DNA from: the human T2T-CHM13v2.0 reference genome, Homo sapiens
Direction: 5' to 3' (one strand)
Assembly: GCF_009914755.1 (NCBI RefSeq)
Contig: NC_060946.1
DNA: 64,000 nt
A program made the position numbers and the translations under genes. The notes beneath the pieces are model-generated. The model was not told where the DNA came from. It searched no databases and worked only from the letters and a program-made list of their open reading frames with translations. Shown piece after piece: positions 29,065-43,756 of this stretch (position 1 is its first letter; every line of letters starts with the position of its first letter).

Positions 29065-31570
29065 AGGATTTATTGAGATAAAATTTACATAGTGTAGAGT
29101 GCACACATTAATGTCTACAAGTCAGTGGCTTTTAGTATATGCACAGATAAGTGGAGCCATCATCACAATGAATTTTAGAGCATTTTCATCACTTCAAAAA
29201 GAAACCCCACCTTCTCTAGCTGTTAACATCCTATAGACTCATCCCCTACTCAATCCTAAGCAACCACAAATCTGTTTTCTGTCTCTATAAACTTTCCTAT
29301 TCTGTTTTCATCTAAATAGAATCATACAATAGGTGGCCTTTTGTGCCTGGCTTCTTTCAGTTGGCATAATGCTATCAAGGTTCATGTACGTATTGGTACT
29401 TTATTTCTTTTTATAACCGTATAACATTCAATTTCATGGATATAACATTTTGTTTATCCAATAATATTTTTATTGACATTTGAGTTGTGTTCAGCCTTTG
29501 GCTATTTTAAATACTGCTGCTAAAAATAATTGTGTACAATTTGTGTTTGAACACCTCTTTCCAATAATCTGGGTGTATACCTAGGAATAAATTTCTGGGT
29601 CATATGACAATTCTATGTTTAATATATTTAGAAGCCATCAAATTATTTTACAAAGTGGCCAGTTCTAGCCATAGAGTATCTAACTGTGGTTTTGATTTGT
29701 AGTTGCCTGATGAGTGATGCTATTGAGTATCTTTTTATGGGATTATTGGCCGTTCATGTATCTTCTTGGGAAACACATCTATTCCTATCATTTATCAGTT
29801 TTGAGTTGGGATATTTGTTACTGAGTTAAAACAATTTTTCTATATTCAAGATACATATATATACAGACATATAGATACGTGTTTTTCAAATATCTTCTCA
29901 CAATTTTTGAGCTGCCTTTTGACTTGCTTGGTTGTCCTTTGAAACACCAATGTCTTTAATTTTTAAGAAATTTTAAATATCTAATTTTTATTTTGTTGCT
30001 CATGTTTTTGATGTTACAGCTATTTCTTTGCTAGATCCAAAATGCTGAAGATTTTCCCATATGTTTTATTCTAGCTCTGGCATGTGTGTCTTTAATTCAT
30101 TTGAGTTAATATTTTTGTATGCTTTGGGGTAAGGGTTCCAATTTATTATTTTGCAAGTGGTGATCCACGTGTACGTTGTTGAACCAGTTTGTTCAAAGGC
30201 TGTCTCTTCTTCATTGAATTGCACATGACACCACTGTAAGAATCCATTGACCATAGACACATAGTTTTATATATGGACTCTCAATTCTCTTCCATCAATC
30301 TATATATTTTTCCTTCATCAGTATTTTGTTGTCTTGATTACTGATACTTTGCAGTAAGGTTTGGAGCATGGGGGTGTGAATTATCCTAATATGTTTTCTT
30401 TTTTCAAGATTATTTTGGCTATTTTGAGTCCCTTACAATTCCATGTGTATTTTAGAATCAGCTTGTCAGTTTCTAGACAGAAGTCTGTTGGAATACTTGC
30501 AGGGATTTCATCAAATCTGTAGTTCAAATTGTAAAGTACTACAGTATTAAATCTTCCAATTCATGGCTGTAAGATGTTTGCTAATTACTTAGATATTCTT
30601 TAAACAATAATTTTTAATTTTCAGAGTAAAATCTTGTATCACATTTTCCAAATTAATTATTATTTCTTTTTATGATGCTATTTTAAATTGAAGTGTTTTC
30701 TTAATTTCATTTTGGGGTTTTCATTGTAGATGTGTGCAATTGATTTTTGTACATTTATCTTGTATGCTGTAATATTGCTGAAATAATTTACAAGTTCTGT
30801 CGTTCAGTGGATTCCTTAACATTTTCTATATACAAGAATGTTATTTTCAAATAAAGTTTTATTTCTTCCTGTTCAATATGGGTGACTCTTATTTTTTTAG
30901 TTGCCGATTTGCCCTGCATAAAATCTTTAGTACAGTATTGACTAGAAGAGGTCAAATTATATATCCTATTCTTATCTCTGACCATAGCGGGAAAGCATCC
31001 TTTACCATTAAGTTGCATGCTTGCTGTTGGCTTTTCACAGGTGCCATGTATCTGGTGTAGAAAGTTCTCTATTCCTGGTTCATTGAGTTTTTATTTTTAT
31101 TTTTAATCATTAAAGCATTTGGATTTTGTTAAATGTCTTTTCCGAATCTATCGAGATGATCATGCAATTCTCGTTTCTTATTCTATGGATAAGATGTATT
31201 ACCTTAATGGATTTTGGGCTGTTAAACCAACCTGGGAATACTTGTATAAATTTCACTTTGTCATAGTGTATAATTCTTTTATATGTTGCTAGTTCTGATT
31301 TGTTAGTATTTTTTAAGGAATTTTGCATTTATACTTATAGTAGTTTTATTTTTCTATGCTATTTGGACTAATTTTTGTATCAAGGTAACACTGGCCCCAA
31401 AGAGTAAATTGGGAAGTGAATATTTCTTTTTAAAAAAGCTAGTCAAGGATATCAATTATTCAACACTAACAAATATTATAAATTATTAATTTCTCTAATT
31501 TTTATTTTCTTCCTTCTGCTTGCTTTAGGTTTAGTTTTTTATTCTTTCCAGTGCTTTAATGTGGAAGGTC
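29065..31570 (-). mobile_element. Old L1 (3' UTR plus ORF2 reverse-transcriptase region)
   Basis: 3' end motif 'tttattgagatataa'-like. ORF 31110-31328 (KRIIHYDKVKFIQVFPGWFN...MIISIDSEKTFNKIQ) is a degenerate L1 RT segment. Confidence 0.88.
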
Positions 31571-31624
31571 ATCTTATCCCATCCTTTCATTTGTCTTTTC
31601 ATTCTCTAAATAGTGTCTTTTTAG

Positions 31625-32020
31625 CATCAGGTGAGCTCCCCAGGTTGGTAGTACTCCATGTTTATTGCTGTACAACAATGACAGATAGTATGTCCTGAAG
31701 ACAATGGAAACTTAACATTCAAAATCTCCTAGATTCCACCTTATATGTCTCTCCAATTGGTCCTAATTTCTACCCTTTCTCTATTATAAACCGTAAGTAC
31801 AATGGCATTCAATGAGTTCTGTGAGTCTTTCTAGTAAATTCTTGAAACTGAGGGTGTTCAGGGGAAACCCCTGAACTGGCAGTTGGTGTCAGAAGTGAGA
31901 ATCGTCTTATATGGCCTCTTCCTTTGAACTTTGCAGCTGGACGCAAACTCTGCACAATTTGGGCCAGAAGTCTCGTGTTGACTTTGCAGCTTAAAGTATC
32001 TTGTAGTTTGTCTAACCCTC
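31625..32020 (+). mobile_element. ERVL LTR fragment (MER21/MER77-like)
   Basis: Matches 'tgagttctgtgagtctttctagtaaattcttgaaactgagggtgttcaggggaaacccctgaac...ggtgtcagaagtgag'. Confidence 0.7.
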
Positions 32021-32528
32021 AATAAATTTGCTTTCATCAAATATTGTATTTGTTACTCCAAAATTACCATCACGTTTTTTTTCTCCAAATAACTAACATT
32101 GGGAGAAATAGCCAGCTGAGTCTGTAACTCAACAGAAACAAGTGATCCATATACCATATACCATATAAGTGGCCATTTCATTTTGCCTTCTTCCACCAAA
32201 TCTTAGCAACCTTAACCACTGCCATGAGCCACTGTATGCCTACCAGCTACAAACAAACAAGTATCTTTTAAAAACACTTCATACTCCCATTTGATAAATT
32301 TCCCAGCAAAGAGATGCCTACTTTAACTCTATGCAAGTGGCTCATATGCACTAAGTCTGTAGATATTATTCATGTAGTGTGAGAAAATCATCCCAGCGAT
32401 GCCAGCACATTCTCCTTCCCATGATCTGCTTAGTTTGCAAACATATTCAGGCCATGGGTGAGAGATTTGTATTTCACAGTACAACAGTTTTATGGAGGGC
32501 ATTGAAACTTACATTGAGCATTTTAGTA

Positions 32529-32870
32529 CAGCCACACATCACTGAATGATAGGGATACGTTCTAACAGATGCATCCATAGGCAATTTCATCATTTTGCAA
32601 ACATCACAGGGAATATTACAAACACCTAGATTGTACAGCCTACCATGTCTAGGTTATATGGTATAGCCTCTCTCTCCCAGGCTACAAACCTGTGTACTAC
32701 CTTACTGTACTGAATACTGCAGGCAATAAGAACACAGTGGTAAGAGGTTATGTATCTAAACATACTTAAACGTAGAAAAGTATGTAAAAATATGTATTAT
32801 AATCTCATGGACCACTTTTGTATTTGTAATCCATCTTTGACTGAAATGTTATTATGCATGACAAGACTCT
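32529..32870 (-). mobile_element. Tigger3a-like (TcMar) DNA transposon
   Basis: Contains 'gggatacgttct', 'ctaggttatatggtatagcct', 'ggctacaaacctgtg' and 'actgtactgaatactgcaggcaat'. Confidence 0.85.
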
Positions 32871-35639
32871 ATGACAAAAATAAAATAACACATTGTAAAA
32901 AATGTACACAGATATCAAACATATTAATATTGTAAAAATAAAAATATTCAGTGTAAGAATTTGTAATGATCACAAAATGTTCACAGCTTATATTTTAGTA
33001 CAGTTTCAAATGCCTGGTGTAATTACTATTTATTTCTGTGTGTATTTTAAACATGTATATAATAAATATTTTTCAGGTTCAACAATATATATCAATCCTA
33101 CTGGCTCTTATAAATATTAGTTAAAATCAATTAGTAAATTCATATATATATATATATACACACGTGTATCAGTCTGTATGCATGTATGTGTGTGTAAATG
33201 TAACTGTGTGTGTAAATGTAATTGGATGCATCCTAATATTTACCTTTACCTACAAGATTTCCAAGATTCATTTATTATTTTTAGAAGATGTGCTTTTATA
33301 GATTTACCAAATAAAACTGTAATCGTGGAAAATATCAAGATGTTATTAAATTCACCTTGTGCACATAATTGTTTCTTTAAATTTATATTTCTTGCAAAAC
33401 TTGCGGTAATGCTCATGTACAAAATAATTTTCTAAATAAAAAATAAAAACATTTTCTCAATCATTAATTCTTAATAATTATTTCTCCCCAATAATTAATG
33501 TGAATTAATTCTTAATTCTTAATTATAGAATAATGTTGCCCTTCAGAGTTCTGAATCTTTTGCATGTTGCATACATTTCACTAACTAGAACAACTTCTGG
33601 AATATTGGCATTAATTAATGTCACTCAGCAATTAATGATTTCAAAGAAATTAAATACCATTCATATTCTGAATCACAAGGGTACTTTGGCATCTAATTTA
33701 ATCAAGCTCTTTGTATCATCATCTACACTTTAATTACTTAACAAACATTTCTCTGTGTGAGAAAGATTGAGCAGGTTATTGTGCTTTTTTAAGATGCAAC
33801 TTTTGCTTAATCTAGAGATAGGCAATGCTCCCTATAAGGGACAAAGAGAAAAATGAAAGAGCAATAGAGATGTGACAGGCATGGAAAAAGACAATACATT
33901 TATCAAACAAATAGGGCCACAGATGATGATAAAGGGGATCAAATCTTGAGACGCTGACTCAGTTTATAACCGCACTGTACAATACAGCAAATCATTTGTT
34001 AATTTTTTTACAAATGGAATTTAATTTAATTAAGATGAATACAGTGTTTTAAACAAGGCTGGTCATCTTAAAATAAAATAGTGGAATAAAGTGATAAAAC
34101 CAATGTAAAAATCATAAACATTTTATAAAGAATTTTTGTCATGTAATTTTTTTCTTTATTTAAAATCACCCAAATCAAAATAATTTTATCTTAATTAACA
34201 ATCATCAGAAGTTAACTAATTTTTACTTGATAATACTAGGTTTAAAAATTCTTAACTATATTTTTAATCATATATGATTATACATAAAATAGACAGGGTA
34301 TATGTTTACATGTTCACAATATTATATTGTAATTGTTCCTATGGATGTGGTTTTTCAATAGAATTAATAAGTACTTTTAAAAAGTTTCAATTTCAATGAT
34401 ATATATGTTTGATTTTTCTTTGAAAAAGCATACATATATTGATAGGTAATAAGAAGAAAATCTTCTAAAGACATTACAGGAACATGAATAAGTAATTAAA
34501 TCCTCAATAATTTGTAATGTTTTATGTAAGCGGAACACATTTAACTGAAAATTGCTTTTATGTAATACTCAAACGAGACTAAAAACATATTAACTAGCGG
34601 AGTAAGTCTTCAAATTGATAATCTGAACTATATAAGAGGAGAAACTTCAAGCACTCAAATATTTGAAATGCTACAAAATATTTATATAAACTATTATTTA
34701 ACAATTTCTGTTTGTAGAGTGCTATAGAGTAATCAATATAAATGACATCTCAGTCTTTCTATGGCTTTGACCACATTTACCTCCTAATTTTAATTATTAA
34801 TATGTTGGAGCAGTGCATACAACTAGATTCCGATCTTCCTTTTTAATGAGTAAAAATATGTCCTTTGAGACAGCATTAAAGAAAGAGCACCTTGTATATA
34901 AATTCAATGCGAAGAGACAAGATATTCTTGATTCTGAAGTCTTGTTCTTTGATACAGCAATGTAATTAATAATAAGAAGAAAAGCAGGACATAGATATGG
35001 AGTCTATTTTAATCAAAAATTGTCTATAGATTTTGATAAAATTTAAAAATCTACTATATTTAGTTAGTCACAAAAAACCAGGTTGTGGGAACATATTTGG
35101 TCAATAAAACACCCCTACCAATTGCTGACAAGAAAAAAAGTTAGGTACCACCTTTCTTCTCTGCAGATGGCCTGAGATGGGTTAATTTGAAAGAATGCTT
35201 CCAAACCTGAGGTGACCCCTGAGAACAGCATAATCCACTGCTGTCTCTTACATTCAGTTTCTCAGTCTGTGCTCTTTTAATTTTGGGGGGAGGGAAGCCA
35301 GTCCTTTAAAGCGATCTTCAGCATGATGGCAGAGCCAAGGAGTGTGGACAGGTGGCACGGTGTCTGACTTTGTTCCATCAGCCACTTGGGCTTTCTCTGG
35401 GTCTTCTCTGCCCTAGGGATAGCACTACTATTGAAAACATGTCTTTGTGACATTGTCTATGCCAGGAACTCCCAACATATTTTCCTTGAAACTGATGAAA
35501 TGAATAAAAATAAACCAAGGGGTGTGCTGTTTGTTTCTGTTTCCTCCTTTCTGCAGCCCTTCTTGATCATCTAATATTTTTAAATACATTCTCGATCACC
35601 AAAAGGAGCATACGGGCTTCATTGGTTTGTAGCAGATGT

Positions 35640-36020
35640 ATTAATAGCCCAGCCCCTATTCCTTACCTGTAGCTGCTGGGAAGAAAACCATTCTTAACAC
35701 TCTACAAGGTCTCATCTCCAGAATTTGCACCTGTTTCTAGCTGAGGACTTTCTCTAGCAGCACGGGAGCTTGTGACTGGGCATGAAGTGGGAAGAAAAGC
35801 TGAGGGTAACTAGGAAGAATCTCCCTGGATTCAGTGATGTAATTCTGAGGCATGCTCCACATAGCTTCCCATAAAATTAAGCCCAGATATCTAACACAGG
35901 AACTTACCTCTTAACACGTGTGGTATTGGCTTGTCTCTCTTTCCTGTTTTATTTTGTTCTCTTTTCCTTGTCTCACTTTCACTGTGTCCTCACTCCTGCT
36001 TTAAGAATACCCAAATACGT
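35640..36020 (+). mobile_element. Possible LTR16-like ERVL LTR remnant
   Basis: Degenerate similarity only ('gtgatgtaattctgaggcatgctcc', 'cctcactcctgct...cccaaata'). Confidence 0.35.
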
Positions 36021-39000
36021 TCATTTATTTTTTTAGACTCTCAGAACACAGTTGATAGTTGAACTTCTAATCTATGATAATCAGCTTGGATGCAATACTG
36101 ACAGGAAGATGGTGAACTCACAATGTCTAATTAAGATACAATTTAAAAAATATATTGAATCATGTCCAAAGATTTAAAAAACCTAAGCGGCAGTGTCACA
36201 ATTTCTTCTTTTTAGTTTACATGGTTTCTTAAACGCCTACAATTATTTTAAAGGAAGCCTTGAGTCTAGGAAAAATTGAGACATATGGAATAAATTACTA
36301 ACCCATTTCTCCTTGAAATCCATTAGATGATTGATGATTTTTTCACATATATTTCTGAACTGAAAAGCTAGTTGGGAATTATTTTTATAAGCATATCCTT
36401 ATGTAATATTTTGTTTCTAACAGAGAATTGAATGTTTAAAGATTAAATTATTCTATCCAGAGAATAAAAAGCAATTATTTCACAAGGAAACCATGTGTAT
36501 GTTGACACGACATTTTAAAATCTAGATTTTAAAATAGGTCCCATATAATTTTGAGTCAATTAGAATATGTTTGTATCAGTCTGTCTACAGTTTTACACCT
36601 GTCAAAAGGTACTTGAACTAAAAGAAGTACCTTGAACAATTTTGAAATTTATTATTCCTCTGAAACTGATTAAAAGAATTATGGTAGAGTGAAATTCTGA
36701 TTGGCATAATTTGGGAGAGAAATTATTCCTTGGAGATCAACCTCTGCCAAGATAGTTTATAACAACATTGAGACTTTTTGATTTACAAAATTTGTTATAT
36801 AAAAAATACTAAGACGATGACAGATAATACACAGACTAATTAAAATTGTACTAGAATTAATTGTCTAAATAAATTACAAGGGTACGTGGTACATCTAAAT
36901 GTATGTTTATATATTTTATTTGTGCATTTTATTCCTAGGGTTGCTTTTGCTTTAGTTTGTAAAACGTTCTTATTTTTATGATAATGTAGTATATACTAAA
37001 TAAAGAAAAATCAGGAAATAGAAAATGAAGAAGAAAACATTAGCTATTGTCAACCAAATAAAAATCGTGCAATCTCTAAGTACATGAACGATGTATTATT
37101 TGTACAGCATGTACAATGTTTATGCTTCACAGGGTGAGGTAGAGACTGTAAAACATTGAACCTGGGAAAAATAAGAAAGTAAGGACATTTTCACAACATA
37201 TTAATATAGAAAATGTTGAACTTAACAGTTAAGATACAAGTAGTGAAAAATGATAGTATTTAAGGAGATCTAGAAAATTTAATCTATATCAGTAATGTGT
37301 GAGAAGTATTAGAATAATGCTTGTATTTCTGGATTGGCATCGATTTCTATTGAGACTGGAAATGTAACAGAAGTGAGCAAAAAAGAATTTAAATTGTGGA
37401 TACTTGAGTTTTATACCTAGGAGTTCGAGAAATACATTTTGTTACTATCAAAGCAGTTGGCACAAGAGTGTACAAAATTCCCTAATTGTGTCTATGTGGA
37501 GAAGACATAGACAAACAGAGAATAGCAAAACAGAAATAGCAAAAAAGCACAAATAAATTTTACCTGTATTTTTAAGTAAAAGCCAATTAGAGAAGGAAAA
37601 CATGAAATTTGTGTTTTATCAAAATTTTTCTCTTTCTCATAATATAGTTGAAAATATTACTGCAAAAAAATTTGAAGCACTGGTATGTTCACAAAAAAAG
37701 TAAAATATAAGGTCAAAACCATGGGAATGCAGGGAGCAGACAAAATACACCTAAACACTGAAACTGATTTTGCCCTACAGACATGTAGCAAAATGAATGA
37801 GTGCAGATTCCTACTGTCATACATCACATAGGACAGTAAAGAAATACATAGTTTTTCCCAAGATAGGGCATCACACAGGAGATCTTCCCTAAAGCTAGGA
37901 CCAAAATTTATATCCTCAGTATAAAGTAGAATCAGAGGTAAATTAGTCCCATTTCACATTCCCTGGAAATGGCAAATAAAAATGACTTGAGATTGGACGG
38001 ATTTAAAGAAACTCAATCATTAATGATTTACAGCAATTAATTTAAAAATCGTTTAAATGTGCAGTCCAAACATATGTCCAAACACCTTTAGGCCAAGAAT
38101 TAATATAATGTGGTCCCAGAATGGTGGTGCCTTTAGAAGACTCACAACAAATTCAAATTCTCTTTGGCAAATTTTCTTCTTACTAATATGCAAAAGTGCA
38201 CAATAATAATTTTCAGAGAAAAATAAATCTTTGTCATTCAAAGGCATCTAAGTATGCAAGGAAATGATATTCTACCATTTGAAAGGAAAGCAGAAAAAGA
38301 GTACAAACCGATCCACAAAGGTTCATTAGTAGAAATATCACTGTTAGATTATAAAGCTCATTTAATTTCAAAAAATTTTAAAAAAAATGAATATATTTTT
38401 AGGAGACTAAAAAATTGATGTAGCAAATTTGAAAAGTAGTTTGTATATAGTATTTTAAATTAAAAACTCAAAAATGAACTCATCAGATTAGACATGGCCA
38501 TGGTGAGAGTTCATAAATATTTCAGAATGCATTACAGAAAATTTTAAAAAATGCACAATGTGGACAGAATCATGAAGAGACATGGAAGATACAGTGAGAA
38601 AGTGTAGCATGTGTTTAGTGAGGGTTCTCTTAGAAGAAGGGAACTGGGAAGGGACAATATGTGATGGTATTTTGGCTGAAAGTTCTCTAGACTCTTGTAA
38701 GACACTAATCCGCATATTCAAAAATTCTATGCATGCTAAGCAAGCTACAATGGAGATAAACCTACCTCTACATATCTCCTAGAGAAATAGTAAACAATCA
38801 GGAAGGGAAAAATATTTCAATTAGCACTAGAAAAATCAAATTACCTTTAATCATATTGAAATCTGAAAGCATGAAAGGTAAAATAAACAATATTATTTGT
38901 TAAGAATAATAATGCCATTCTGAAATTCTCAACCAAGAAAAATATTCATCAACCTATGGCTAAATAACATATTTAGAGACAAAAAACAAAACACCACCAG

Positions 39001-39255
39001 CAGAATTCCACTAAAGAAACTAAAAAGAAACTCTGAAAACATGCTTCAGAAAGATTGAAGTTCTGAAATCAAAGAATGAACACAGAGAAAAATATATTGT
39101 AAACATACAGATAGATCTAAATAAAAAATTAGGTGTTGAAACAAAAAGATATTTAAAATTAGATAAGCACTGCAATATGTATGTTAGGAAGCAAATTATT
39201 AGGGCTGAAGTATTCAAAGACCCCTTAATTGTCTGACAAGAGCAGAAAGGTATGA

Positions 39256-39566
<311 letters not shown>

Positions 39567-39691
39567 GACTTTGGAACTTTAATAAATTGACTGGACATTA
39601 TGCATTTCTCTGTTGTATCTATGAAAACAATAAAAATAAAAGTCATAATTTTAAAACAAGAAGACAGAAACTGATAGGAGAAAATGAGACA

Positions 39692-39692
<1 letters not shown>

Positions 39693-39737
<45 letters not shown>
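39693..39737. repeat. (TA)n(CA)n microsatellite
   Basis: Read directly from the sequence. Confidence 0.95.
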
Positions 39738-39738
<1 letters not shown>

Positions 39739-40768
39739 ACAAATTAATAATACAAAATTAAGTATAAATGATCAAAGATTAACTTAAACCTAAGTAGACA
39801 ATGTTTTTGTTAAAATACAAAGATTGGCAAAATTTAAAACATCTGTCTCTATCATAGTTACAAGAGAGGCAACTAATATATAAATTTACAGGAACTTTGA
39901 AGTTTGAACAATACAGATACTGTGTATATATGATATACATACAAACATACTACATGAATATAATTTTTTAAAAAGTTGTTATGTAGACAAAACAGAATGT
40001 AAGTTAGAAATATTTATTAAAATAAGTTAGTCTAACCAGTGTGATAAAAGTTTTAAGTTATTAAGATGTGATGACTTAAATGTGCATTAGCCTGATACAT
40101 ACATATATATATACACACAAACCACACACTCTCTCACACACAGAGACACACACATATTTAGAGAGAGAGTCAAATTATATAAAGCAAAAATATCAGAAAG
40201 TAGAAATGGATAAGCCCCCAAATATTATAGACATTTCAAACACACATCTTTCAATAATAGATAAAAGAAAAAATTAAAAGAGTAAGTTTTAAAAGAAGCT
40301 AGTGGATTTTAAAAAGGGCAAATATTATATAAGGAACATGAATATTATAATTCATGTTATTTTATTGTTCATACAGAATACTTACAAAAATTAACATTTT
40401 CTAGACCATACCACAAATTCAAACAATTTTCACGGAAATAACGTGACACAGAATATACTTCCTAAACAAACAGCAATGAAGGCAGATATCAATACAAAAA
40501 CGAAAGCTAGAAACATAAGTCTAATAATATTGGTTGGAAGCTATTTTAATGAATATTGAAATATTTTAAAGGTGAATAGTCCATACAAATAAACCAAACA
40601 CTTTTTTAAGGCCACTAAGATGCATGTGTAATGTGTAATGCCTCCTTTTATAAGGAGTCAATCTGTAACATCACCTGGGCTATTTGACAACTGCAAAGTG
40701 AATGTGAGAAGGAGAGAAACAGTGAGAGAGAGAGAGAGAAAACAAGTAAAATAAAGAATGAAGGAGAT

Positions 40769-41161
<393 letters not shown>

Positions 41162-43298
41162 TTAAAATATTAAATCTAACAAATATCTAGGTAGACTAAT
41201 GGAGAAAAATACAGAAAATGCACAAAAAACCAATTACCTGGAATGCGAACGTTACAAAACGTCAGCAGTTGTAGATTTTAAATAAGCATTGTTTTTTAGT
41301 TCAACCATGATGGGTTATATTGAAAAGAATCTCTCAGAAAAAAAGAAAAAGAAAACTGTTATAAAGCTATGTACAAAATGTTAAGCAGTATTAAAGTCTT
41401 CCAAATCTACCAGTTATGGAGTTATTGGTCTTGGACTAACTCTCCTGAAAAGAAAAAAACAAAACAAAACAAAACAAAACCTAAAAACCTGGATAAAATG
41501 GCCTACCGTGGGCACTGGCAATGCCTCCAAGCAGGTAGGACCTGGGTGCTACATTCTCTTTGTCAGAACACAAAACATTCATACACTCTTCTCACCCTCA
41601 CTTTCACCTTTTAATCTTAGATCTACTATTAAATGTATTCAACATTACTATCAATCCTTTGGTCAAAATTTCTTTACTCACATTGTGCTTGATGCACTTG
41701 GATAGACTGTTCAAGAACGTGTGAGTAGTGAATTCCTCAAACTCTTGCATATTTAAAATCACATTTTTGAACCTTGATGCTTGAAGTGTAGCTTGGGTAA
41801 CAGATGACCTTTAAGCCAATTTTGGCATGCAAGGGGTTGTTTATTAGGCATCAGCACCGCTGAAAATCGTGGGGATGCAGGCTTAATTTCAACACTATTC
41901 TAAACACTTGGAAGATATTATATAATTCTTTAATAAACTCCTGTGTCTACAAATGGTTCACATTAACTCAATATCCATGATTAAACATCTATAAAATCAA
42001 GGCACTGTTATTTAGTGGAGACTTGCTGGCTATTCTATGAGAGGAGGTATTGTTATTGTAATCTCATCCTCTCATAAATGTGTATCATATTACTCATAAC
42101 CAGCCCTTCATATTCTATTCCTATTTTGGTATTTTAAAATAAGATATCTCTGAAACACTTGAATTCAAAGAGGGAATCTGAATAATTTTTAAAATGTCAA
42201 TGAAATGCCATTTCTTCATGCTTCAACAACTAAAAATTGACTAAAGTGCTTCTCTTCAAACTTTCTGGAACATTTTTTTATCTAAATTCTAAGAACAATC
42301 ACATTAGGTTTTAACCACGAATGTGAGAATATTCTAAATGTTAGGGTGGAAAATTTTTTTAAATAAATTTATAGTAATTTTTTTCATCATAGTGACAGTG
42401 TGCTAAATTTTTTTAAGTCAAATATTACTGTAGACATTTAAGTCAGGATTCTAAGAAGCTGTCCTAAAGTCGAAAATTTAGTTTCATATACAATGATATT
42501 ATATATATGTTTGCATAAAAAATTAATGTGAGCCATGTTTCAAATAGTTGAGAGATTATTATATCAAAGATTCTTGATTATATAAAATGCCAATTATAGG
42601 CACACGTGCTTTAAATAATTACAAAGGCAGTTGTGGTTGATTCTACTCTTGCTACTGGCATTTATATGGACATAATATTATGGTCTGAAGAATATTTAGG
42701 CAAATTTATTCCTCATATGATCAGAAGAACAATGCAAGATAGTTTATATCTGAAAGGAAAAAATCTTTATATGGTTCTGAAAGCGTAAATCATTAACAAT
42801 TTGGATAATAATTAGCATAAAAATACACAAACATGCCCTCTTCCTAGCTGTAAGTACAAAGTGACAAGAGAATCAAAGCATGTGGCTATGTGCCTGTTTA
42901 TATTTCAAGACGCAGAGCACCCTATTCCTCTTCTCTGCCCTTTCTAGTTGGCACAATTCCTCATGAATCTAAGTGCAGCCATAGGGTGGATTACGGTGAC
43001 CTGCCATTTGTATGCAACTGATCTCTATTTTGGAAGTCATTAATGTAAAAATATATTTTTAAAAGATAAGTTCAAATTTCAGGGCAAACTAGCATGGTTT
43101 CACCCCTTTTCTTTGTAACATTTTTTCTAATGTTGGAAAAGTAAGGTAGGCTTTAGTACGATTTTAAATAATAAGTTTTCAAAGTGAGACGCAAAATGGT
43201 GGCGCCAACACATTTCAAATCTGCTACATTTTGAATACACTTATTGGAGAAAAGACCTTCTCATCATTTTTCTCTTACAGGAAAGGAAATAACATGTA

Positions 43299-43668
43299 CA
43301 GTTGACCCTTAAGCAACACGGAGGTTGGGGTGCTGGCCCCCCTGCACAGTAGAAAATCCACTATAACTTTGACTCCCCCAAAACTTAACTACTAATAGAC
43401 TACTCTAAGCCTTACAAATAACAGTCAATTAACCCATATTTAATATGTTATATGTCTTATATACTGTATTCTTAACAAACATGCCAGAGAAAAGAAAAAA
43501 GAAAATCATAAGGAAAATATATTTACTAATTATTAAATGGAAGTAGATGATCAAACAGGTCTTCATCCTCATCCTTTTCATGGGCAGGGTGTGGATAAGG
43601 ATGTAGAATTGTTGGTTTTGCTAAGTGGACGTGCACAGTTCAAACCCCTGTGGAGCAAAGGCCAACTG
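43299..43668. mobile_element. Tigger2a-like DNA transposon
   Basis: Terminal inverted repeats CAGTTGACCCTT ... AAGGCCAACTG, each flanked by TA; internal 'ataactttgactcccccaaaacttaactactaatag'. Confidence 0.9.
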
Positions 43669-43756
43669 TATAGCCATTGAATAGCAATTTATTTTTAGAA
43701 ATTAACCACACTAAAATACTCTTAGAAGGATGCCAAGAAAAAAAATGGATAAGTAT